A model generated the notes under the pieces. The model was not told the DNA's origin. It worked only from the letters and a program-made list of their open reading frames with translations, and did not search any database. A stretch of DNA of 63,441 nucleotides, filler included, from Octopus bimaculoides (lineage: Eukaryota): the NCBI RefSeq assembly GCF_001194135.2. It is 6 parts of 6 records of this genome, joined end to end, with 100 filler letters (N's around TTAATTAATTAA, not from the genome) between each part and the next. Parts side by side here need not be neighbours in the genome. Positions count along the whole stretch, not along the records: positions 47,229 to 62,167 come from NW_026295520.1; positions 62,268 to 63,441 come from NW_026328662.1; 4 more parts are not named here. One strand, 5' to 3'. A program made the translations under genes and the position numbers. Within the stretch, counting starts at the first letter, position 1. Each line of letters opens with the position of its first letter. Below, in pieces: positions 51,897 through 63,441 of this stretch.

Positions 51897-52344
51897 ACAA
51901 CTCAATTAGCCACAGAAACAAGTTATCTCAATAAGTTGACGAAAGAGAGGGAGCGAGAAAGCTACGTACCGTAGTGAGAGAAGCTCACAAGTGAAGCAGG
52001 TATATATATATATATANNNNNNNNNNNNNNNNNNNNNNNNNNNNNNNNNNNNNNNNNNNNNNNNNNNNNNNNNNNNNNNNNNNNNNNNNNNNNNNNNNNN
52101 NNNNNNNNNNNNNNNNNNNNNNNNNNNNNNNNNNNNNNNNNNNNNNNNNNNNNNNNNNNNNNNNNNNNNNNNNNNNNNNNNNNNNNNNNNNNNNNNNNNN
52201 NNNNNNNNNNNNNNNNNNNNNNNNNNNNNNNNNNNNNNNNNNNNNNNNGGTAGGAAAGATTAGAATCTATTATTTGTATAAGGAATTATAGTCAGTTATA
52301 GATCTCTATCCTGGATAATGACAGATTACTACGTGGGAAAGTAG

Positions 52345-52384
<40 letters not shown>

Positions 52385-52911
52385 GAGAAGGTGGCAGACT
52401 AAGGACGTTTTGCAGGTACCGGAGGAAAAGAAACCGCTTAGAGATGGATTAGGATGTGAGTGGAAGAGTGAACGATTAATAAATATATTAATCCGTAAAT
52501 AAATCCATTGGAAAATTAATTTGTTAATTAGTTTATTAATTAAAATGCGTTAAATCGTGCAGCAATAAATAAATTGAATAATGGAGATGTGAAAATATGA
52601 AAAATCCAAGTTCGGTTGGAGAGGGATTTAGGGATTTTGAACAAAAATAACTGGAGAGATGGATAATGTATATGTATGTATACATGTGCATATGGATGTA
52701 TGGACATAAATGTATGCATGTATAGATGAATGGAATGATACATGCATATACGTGTGCATATATGTATCTATGTATGTACGGATTTATGTATACACACACA
52801 CACACGTATATAGACATGCATATATGTATGTATATATATATATATATCTATATATGATATATGTTATATACTTATATATATATATACGTGTATGTATATA
52901 TGTGTGTATAT

Positions 52912-52954
<43 letters not shown>

Positions 52955-53098
52955 NNNNNNNNNNNNNNNNNNNNNNNNNNNNNNNNNNNNNNNNNNNNNN
53001 NNNNNNNNNNNNNNNCTATAAGGCTCAATTTAATTTTTTATAAATTGATTTTAATTGAGTTTTTTACCTGTAATTTTGGATTTTGTCCCTAATAATAT

Positions 53099-53135
<37 letters not shown>

Positions 53136-53346
53136 TACATATATGTGTATGTAAATATATATAACTATATACAATATATGCTATATACATATATACGTAT
53201 ATATATGTATATATATATGTATATATATGTATATATATATACGTATGTATTTGTATATGCATGCATATGCATCTACATATACATATGTATTTTCATACAT
53301 ACGTACATGCATACATACATATAGCTGTATGTGTGTGCGCGCCTTT

Positions 53347-53389
<43 letters not shown>

Positions 53390-53724
53390 CGTAAATTTCT
53401 AAATATGTGACCTGATGACCTGAGGAATAAACTGGAGTTATGAAACGAAATTGATTCGAAGATCTTGAGAGGAAAATATCAAAGTTTTACAAGAAAGAAT
53501 GAAACAAAATGAAGAATAAAAAAAAATGGATGCGAGGTTATCGTTCTTCTAAAATGTATGAAATTCCGAATGAATAAACGAGGTAATATTTACGAATTAA
53601 AAAGAAAAAAAGGAAATATAACCTGAAATTGTTTTTGTGTGTATTTTAGTTTTGCAGTGATGGCTGAACCAATGGCGGACAAGTTTTTGGAAGGCTGTAG
53701 GTAAGAGGACATGTTGGTGTAGAG

Positions 53725-54276
53725 CAGCGGTTTTCGACCGGGTTAGGGTAAAATTTGGAGGTGGGGCCCACACAATAAAATCCTAAATTGGAGATCCACA
53801 ATAGTATTTTTAGGGCTCCTGAAAAAATGTTGCCTTAGATGTATGTATTGGTATGTGTTGGGAGAAACAGATGGGATTCTTTCTCTAACATTTTACATAA
53901 TTCAATCTACACAAGTTAATGTGTGAAAAACAAAATAGGGGTTATAAAAGAAGTATCTATAAAATTAGTTTTTAAACATAGAATACTATGGGGAGGGGGT
54001 CCACGAGAATAAAACCATAATCAAAGGGGTTCATAGGTAAAAGATGGTTGCTGCTTTAGATGTATGTATTGGTATGTATTGCTAGAAACAATTAGGTTTC
54101 TTTCTCTAACATTTTACATAGTTCGACCTACCCAGGTTAATGTGGTGAGGGAGGAAGGGAATTTTGTAAGAGTTTCTATAAGACGATTTTTTAAACATTG
54201 AACGGCTATGAGGGTCCACCCAGGTAAAATAGTAATCAAAGGGGTCCTTAAATAAACAATGGTTGGGAGCCACCTA
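53725..54276. mobile_element. Degenerate hAT-type element with an internal ~220-bp duplication
   Basis: Left end cagcggttttcgacc and right end ggttgggagccaccta. Flanks gtgtagag / atatagag (6/8). ttagatgtatgtattggtatg...tttctctaacattttacata occurs twice. Confidence 0.55.
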
Positions 54277-54496
54277 ATATAGAGCGAAAGCCCAGCCCAG
54301 TATAAATAGAAAGAGAGATTGAGAAAAAAGACAGAGAGAGGTATTTGAATGAGTGGATAGAGGAATTCGAGAAGAAGGAACACACTTTAAATATATGGCA
54401 CAGAGGGAAAGATTTAGGCCGATTAACAGATAGAAATATAGACCATGTGTTTAATACACACACACACACATTATACATTAGGAACGGTAGTTATAA

Positions 54497-54543
54497 TTTG
54501 CCTGAAGAGCCTCTGCACCACAGGCGAAACTCTGAGTAGTCAC
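54497..54543 (+). ncRNA. Type I hammerhead ribozyme motif, probably Penelope-associated
   Basis: CTGAAGA (54502-08), stem II gcct/aggc, GAAA (54526-29), stem III actc/gagt, cleavage triplet GTA (after 54538). Stem I (ttgc/gtca) is imperfect. Confidence 0.65.
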
Positions 54544-54642
54544 AGACTGATTCGACCAAAATGGTTTTTATTGTTAATCTCTGTTATGGTATTGAATAGC
54601 CTTTTCTCCGACAGTCAACACTAAATGGACGTGCGTATGTGT

Positions 54643-54683
<41 letters not shown>

Positions 54684-54942
54684 TGCATATATTGTACATA
54701 TGTGTGTGTGTATATAATATATACACACACACACACACATATGTACGATATATGCACACACACGCATCCATTTAGTGTTGGCTGTCGGAGATTTATATAT
54801 ATATATATATATATAAATATATACATACATACATACATATATACATACACATATATATATATANNNNNNNNNNNNNNNNNNNNNNNNNNNNNNNNNNNNN
54901 NNNNNNNNNNNNNNNNNNNNNNNNNNNNNNNNNNNNNNNNNN

Positions 54943-55041
<99 letters not shown>

Positions 55042-56071
55042 GGACAGAGATGAATATAACTGCAGAGTGAGAAAGGTAGGTTGAAAATGGAAAATTCGAC
55101 AGGGACTAAGCCAAGGATATAAATAGAAAAAGTTGTTGAGATTATGAGATTTGTTAAGAGTTGAAGAAAACAACACCAACAACCACAACTACAAATACTA
55201 CATCAATTGTACGAATAAACGAAAGCTTACTCAAACTCAGCCGATAAAGAAAGATAAACGAAATAATCCAAAGACCTCTTGTACTTTGCAATTTCCTGTC
55301 CAAGACAGCTGCCCTAAAGCCTTATAACGAAATACTTTATATATCTTTCTGTTCTATTTCTTTTTCAAGCCATTCTTTAATTTGCCTTGCATCAAAGATT
55401 CTAATACTTCGGCCATTTTTTCAGCAATTCATTCATTATTATTTCACTAACCGTTTTCCTGTCCTGTGTAACACTGATGTATCACTGGTGTCCATGTATC
55501 GTATATCATATACATTCTCAATTGTTTTTCAACCATGAGTGTAACTTGGGACTTACGGAAGGAAAGCTTTATATTAATCGGAATGTATGAAACAAAAGTT
55601 AACCCAAAATCTGAAGACAAGCATGGATGTTTAGGACAAACATAAGAAAATACTTTGGACAGACAAAGGGTTAAGATGGTAGAGAGATTTGGTTGCTATT
55701 TCTAACTTGCGAAGGCTCCGCGTCGGCTCATACATAGACACGGGTTTCTTAACCCTTTTTCTTTCGTGTGTATCTGCTTAGACACGAGTTTGTTAATCAC
55801 CAAGATAATTCGAGACTTATGAAAGGAAAAAAATTATATTACTCGGAGCGTACGAAACAAGGGACAACTAAAAAGTCTGAAAACATATTTCCCTGGTGTC
55901 CTACTCAGCCATTTACATGTTAATTCTAGGGCAGGTAATTCAGTTAAGATCAAACAACCGAATCCCCCTCGTAAAACGATGAAGACTCACCACATCCGCC
56001 GCCACCACTACCAAACCACCATCATCACCACCACTACTACCACCACCACTATCACTACCACTTCCTATTTT

Positions 56072-56105
<34 letters not shown>

Positions 56106-57521
56106 AGCATGTGTTGTAACAGCGTGTCATTGCATCCTCCATTTGCTGGTGACTCCCTGCTACTCCTAGCGGATGACTCCTTTTGCACCACTCAGGCAAC
56201 GGCTCTCCAATCCATAGGTCTGTTGGGTAGGCGTTACTGACGAAGGTTTTACGAGGTCGGAGTGCAAATCCAGTGCTGTGTGGCAACTGGCATATCACAG
56301 AATAGACTTAACGTTTCCTCTGTAAAAGGCAACTAAATGTGGTCAAGGCAGGATTATTTTGAAGTATGAAAGCCAAAATTCGCTTAGACAGGATTTGAAC
56401 ACAGAACATAAGGGACCGTAAAGAAATACCACCAAGATATTTTAGTCCTTTTCTCCAATTCTTTACCTATTCTATCAAAGCATAAGCTTTACAATTACTA
56501 TTATATTAGAAGCCATCCAACGATTCCGTTTCGTCTCATTAACAATTGTATGTAGCATTTTTTTGATATACATTGCATGCAATGTGGTAATTAGAAAGTG
56601 TTTGAAAAGTGAATTAAGCGAAAGGTTTGAGAAGGCAACTCAAGCGCTGGGTATGCTTTCAAAAGTGTGAAAATCACATCGATTTGCAATTCATATAAAA
56701 ATTAAACTACGAACGTCACGAACGAGGAGTGTTTTAATAAATACGGAAACCATGATATAATATTCGAATAATAGCAATTGGCTTCAGATTCGGTTGGAAA
56801 TAAAGTGTTGCGAAGATGCTGGGGGAATCAAAAGGAAATGACTTTGTTGAAGAATGAAGTACTTCAAGACACAGCGAAAGTAATGAGATTTAGATGGGGA
56901 ACTAATGAAGAATGTTTTGATAGAATTCGTTGGGAAACATGATTCCGTTCCATCATGAGAATTGGCAAATATATCTAAAAGGGAAATGGTTAAATAGTGT
57001 TTATATCCTTGTATGTTGGATGTATAATATAAAGGAGCAAAGGGGAGGGGGAGAAAGTATTTACACGACGCATCACTATTACTGTTACACGAGACCTGAT
57101 GCTCTGAAACACGGCTCACGGTGAACGACTACCAATCTGAACTCCCAATCACACACAGGTCTTTAATTTATAAGAATGAATCAGTTCACCTTTAGCCACT
57201 TAGCAACACAATGGAATGTTAGAGGAAGAGGAGAAAGAGGAAGGAAGCAGAAGAGAAGGAAGGAAGGCAAAAAAGAGGAGGAGGAGGAGGAGAAGGAAGC
57301 AGAGGCGGACAATGAGAACAATAAGGAAAGACGACAAAGAAAAACCAAAAAAGAAGGAGAAAAAGAAGGATGATGATGATGATAATAAAAATAACGGTTT
57401 CAAATTTTGGTACAAAAGCAGCAATTTCATGGGTGAGAGTCAGTTGATTACATCGAATCCAATGTTAAACGGGTACTTATTCTATCCACCCACCCCGAAA
57501 GGGCCTTGGCAGAGTTTGACC

Positions 57522-57569
<48 letters not shown>

Positions 57570-57575
57570 GTAATA

Positions 57576-57618
<43 letters not shown>

Positions 57619-57693
57619 TAACAACAGCAATAATAATAATGATGATGATAATAACAATAATAATATTAATGATAATAATAATAATAGCAATAA

Positions 57694-57746
<53 letters not shown>

Positions 57747-57758
57747 ATAATAATAATA

Positions 57759-57811
<53 letters not shown>

Positions 57812-58559
57812 NNNNNNNNNNNNNNNNNNNNNNNNNNNNNNNNNNNNNNNNNNNNNNNNNNNNNNNNNNNNNNNNNNNNNNNNNNNNNNNNNNNNNNNNN
57901 NNNNNNNNNNNNNNNNNNNNNNNNNNNNNNNNNNNNNNNNNNNNNNNNNNNNNNNNNNNNNNNNNNNNNNNNNNNNNNNNNNNNNNNNNNNNNNNNNNNN
58001 NNNNNNNNNNNNNNNNNNNNNNNNNNNNNNNNNNNNNNNNNNNNNNNNNNNNNNNNNNNNNNNNNNNNNNNNNNNNNNNNNNNNNNNNNNNNNNNNNNNN
58101 NNNNNNNNNNNNNNNNNNNNNNNNNNNNNNNNNNNNNNNNNNNNNNNNNNNNNNNNNNNNNNNNNNNNNNNNNNNNNNNNNNNNNNNNNNNNNNNNNNNN
58201 NNNNNNNNNNNNNNNNNNNNNNNNNNNNNNNNNNNNNNNNNNNNNNNNNNNNNNNNNNNNNNNNNNNNNNNNNNNNNNNNNNNNNNNNNNNNNNNNNNNN
58301 NNNNNNNNNNNNNNNNNNNNNNNNNNNNNNNNNNNNNNNNNNNNNNNNNNNNNNNNNNNNNNNNNNNNNNNNNNNNNNNNNNNNNNNNNNNNNNNNNNNN
58401 NNNNNNNNNNNNNNNNNNNNNNNNNNNNNNNNNNNNNNNNNNNNNNNNNNNNNNNNNNNNNNNNNNNNNNNNNNNNNNNNNNNNNNNNNNNNNNNNNNNN
58501 NNNNNNNNNNNNNNNNNNNNNNNNNNNNNNNNNNNNNNNNNNNNNNNNNNNNNNNNNNN

Positions 58560-58895
58560 GGGGAGCATCATAGCCATGTGTTGAGAGGAATTCTTTGGGG
58601 TTTGAATAATTCACCTTTGGAAACATGGGTGTTTTGCTCAACATCCTTAAACAAACTATATTCAGGGATCTTTTGAGCGGGATGGGCTACCCAACCTGAA
58701 GAAAATTCTAACTGGGCCCCACCTGCGAGGTCATGCACTGTTTATCTTGGTATGAGATCACCATGTTGAGCACATATGGCTGTGATGCATGTGCCTAGTG
58801 TACCCTTATCAGACGGGTAGTCATGATGGGTATAATGGGCTTCATATATTTTACCCCAGTGTCACTTTGATGGCATGCACTGCTCTCTCACTCAA
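58560..58895 (+). mobile_element. Retroelement family E 3' part ending ...gtcactttgatggcatgcactgctctctc(actc) plus microsatellite tail
   Basis: The same 3' end precedes (AAT)n at 5600-5640 and 60280-60310. Confidence 0.7.
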
Positions 58896-58897
58896 TT

Positions 58898-60056
<1,159 letters not shown>

Positions 60057-60275
60057 GAAACCCTACTTCGCATGGAATTATATGGTCAGTTCCACTGCGA
60101 AACCAACACAATAAATGACCAGGAAGCATCATGGAGGTAGCTCAGCAAGGATGACCTAAAAATGGAGACTGAAAGCATAATCATCGATGCCCCAGACTAG
60201 GCATCGAGTACCAACTCGGTGAAAAGGAGATATATATCATACAAGTGCAACGAACCTCTGCAGAATGTGTGGGAA
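60057..60275 (+). mobile_element. Second, diverged R4-type LINE fragment
   Basis: MELYGQFHCETNTINDQEASWR*LSKDDLKMETESIIIDAQ parallels KPLHGQF...W.WL....LK.ETES.I.AAQ. Confidence 0.75.
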
Positions 60276-60310
60276 AGGTGGGTCACTTTGATGGCATGCA
60301 CTGCTCTCTC

Positions 60311-60374
<64 letters not shown>

Positions 60375-60665
60375 GTGGTGGTGGTGGTGATGATGATGAT
60401 AATGATGATGATAATGATGATAAAGATGATGATGATGATGATGATGATGACGACGACGACATCAACGCTCAATTAGTCAAGAACAATACTGTGTTAAACA
60501 GGAGATTACGACTGGCTGGAGATCAGAACAGAAGCGGAGAATAGTGAAGGGTGGCGAGACTCTGCGAGGAATATATTGGCGTCAAACAGCGTCGAAGACT
60601 GTAATCTTAATAGCGTGTATATGTGTCTGTGTATTAGTGTGTCTGTGTATTAGTGTGTGTGTGAG

Positions 60666-60712
<47 letters not shown>

Positions 60713-61568
60713 GTATAACACGCTATTTTAGGCGGATATCAAGCAATTTATGTCGTTTTTGCTCCACTTTTAGATAAGTTTTAATTGATTGCACAGAAAA
60801 AAAATATTCTTTAAATATTTAACGAAGAAGAACGACGACGACAAAAACTGATTCTTCTTCTTCTTCTTCATCATCATCATCATCATCATCATCAACAACA
60901 GCAACAACAACAGAAACGGGAACAACAGCAACAACAACAACGAGGACGACGACAACCAGAGCCAAACATGAAACAGCAATTTCATAAAGCATGGGTTGTT
61001 ATGACACCATCTTTAATTTTGTAATCTCATTGATCTCTAATCGATATCAGCCAACATCCGATCAAACATCGTATGAAGTATCAATTAAAAATCACACAAA
61101 AATCACAAAAACAGCAAAACGATTGCACACTAACTGAATTCATTATGGCAACGGCCTACCATAATGTCCGGTTTATTGATTAAGAGAAGACACTGGTAAG
61201 TCCGTCTCCCCTTACGTTCTCTAAAAGGTTAATGGAGGGCAGCGAGTGTCAGTGTCTTGGACGATATTCTAGCATTGGTGAAAGATACTTGGAATAGTCT
61301 TTTACTTCTCTTATTTTTTTTATACTTTTCTCTTTTCTGTCTCGTTTACATCAGACAGACACGCCATACTTGTGCTATGAATTATGGATGTTGCGTTGTT
61401 CCGGTGTTGCGTCTTTGAAAGTTGATACATACGTCCGGTCATTGCTCCTCACAGGAATATTGTAGTCATTCGATGCTACACCGTCGGTTAGTTTTTGAAG
61501 TAATAAGAAGAATTAATAAAACTGGTTCAAGATTCCATACAAAGGAAACAACATCAGATCAGAATAAA

Positions 61569-61623
<55 letters not shown>

Positions 61624-61879
61624 AAATTTGTAAACAAATATTATACATAGTATTAGACAGTTTAGGTATATATTAACTAAATTTGACTGAAATTGTTTGG
61701 GTAAGCATTTGGCTCAATCGGATGCGCAAGGAGCCGTGTTAGCACTGATTTGTGGTTTCGATTCTGGCTGAGGTAAGCTCATCATTTTTCAGTCATTTGT
61801 TTGTATTTAAAATCTGTTGCTTCAAATCGGAGAATAATATATATATATATATATGTATGTATATATATATATATATTAT

Positions 61880-62167
61880 TCTTTTACTTGTTTCAGGCTT
61901 TGACTGCGACCATGCTGAAATCGACACCAGGACTTATTCCCTGTATGCCTAGTACTTATTCTATCAGTACCTTTTACTGAACCGCTAAGTTATGGGGACG
62001 TAAACACACCGGCATCAGTTGTCAAGCGATGGTGGGGGACAAACACAGACACAAATACACACACACACATATATATGCGACGGGCTTCTTTCAGTTTCCG
62101 TCTACGAAATCCACCCACAAGGCATTGGTTGGCTCAAGGCTATAGTAGAAGACATTTGCCCAAGGTG
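61880..62167 (-). mobile_element. SINE family A copy truncated by a gap
   Basis: Homology to family A. Confidence 0.8.
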
Positions 62168-62859
62168 NNNNNNNNNNNNNNNNNNNNNNNNNNNNNNNNN
62201 NNNNNNNNNNNTTAATTAATTAANNNNNNNNNNNNNNNNNNNNNNNNNNNNNNNNNNNNNNNNNNNNATATATATATATATATATACATATATATATACA
62301 CACATACATACATATATTCATTTTATATATATACATATGTATACATACATATATATATATACATGCATACATATATATATTCCTTTTTGTTTACATATAT
62401 ACATACATATATGTATATATATACACACACACACATATATATATATATATATNNNNNNNNNNTATATATATATATATATATATACCCACACACACATACA
62501 TATATTCATTTATATGTATACACATACGTACATATATGCACGTACATACACACACACACACACACACAACTTTTATATATATAAATGAATGTGACATTTG
62601 AAAATTGTAATTGATGTCTTACATAAGATATATGCATCAATAATTATTCAATCTTATATTAATATCAGATTATGTCAATATATTTGCACGTGTATCATTC
62701 TGATTATTTCGTTGAATGTTCATCTTTGGAAATGCATCTGAATTCTACATTAGAGACAGCAGTAAGCCATTTGGTTGAACATCTGATCAATATCTCTCAC
62801 TTTTTCTCTCTCTTCTTTCATAATGTGGTTGTTTTATTAAGCCTTCTTTTCTAGTTACA

Positions 62860-63441
62860 ACACACACACACATGTGCACAAGCATGCATACACACATATA
62901 GATACACATGTATAAACACACACATGCACACATGTGCGCATGCATATAACCACCCATAAAGACACATTCACACACACATGCCTGCATACATGCACATGTG
63001 CATAGGCACACATGCACATACACACACACATAAATACGTGTATGCACACATGCACATCCATACACACAGGAACATGCCAGCATACATGTGCCCATACAGA
63101 TGCACACATGCAAACATGTAGATACATATACACACACATGAACACACATAAACATACACAAATATTCACACATGCNNNNNNNNNNTATACACACACATGA
63201 ACACACATAAACATACACAAATATTCACACATGCGCACATCCGTACACACACTCACACATACATGCGCATGTATGCATACACACACAGACACACACACAT
63301 GAACATGTATAAATACACACATGCACACATGTTCACCTGCATACACACCCATAAAAGCACATACACACATGGCTGCATACGTGTGCACATTCAGATGCAC
63401 ACATGCACACATATGCAAATACATACACACACACCTGAACA
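62860..63441. repeat. Complex (CA/CAT/CATG) low-complexity repeat
   Basis: Seen directly; it produces the M/C/V/H pseudo-ORFs. Confidence 0.9.

Noticed and set aside
56784-56900. LLKNEVLQDTAKVMR resembling an R4 C-terminus
   Set aside because: Too short and degenerate to support a call.

Overview
Eukaryotic, gap-rich, microsatellite-saturated genomic window. The SINE families and repeat landscape suggest a cephalopod, most likely Octopus (inference). Most long ORFs in the track are artefacts of microsatellites or N gaps. One protein-coding gene is well supported: four phase-compatible minus-strand exons (6476-6539, 5238-5360, 4386-4477, 1040-1122) encoding the BACK/post-BACK region of a BTBD16 (germ cell-less family) orthologue. 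Its 3' end lies left of the window and its 5' exons could not be located confidently. The rest is intronic or intergenic: at least four tRNA-derived SINE families, mariner remnants, hAT MITEs, a GG-terminated long-TIR MITE with an 8-bp TSD, R4/Dong-type RLE LINE fragments stacked in (TAA)n tracts, and Penelope-type hammerhead ribozyme motifs. The most unusual observations are (i) a near-perfect RFX X-box carried next to the 5' TIR of several mariner copies, (ii) a hammerhead motif with an intact catalytic core at 54497-54543, and (iii) the same R4-tail/(TAA)n/R4-fragment junction at two loci, one fused to a SINE head. No prokaryote-type system or CRISPR array is present. Family names come from recalled consensus motifs, not database searches; SINE/LINE and microsatellite boundaries are approximate, while exon, TSD and motif coordinates were counted directly.
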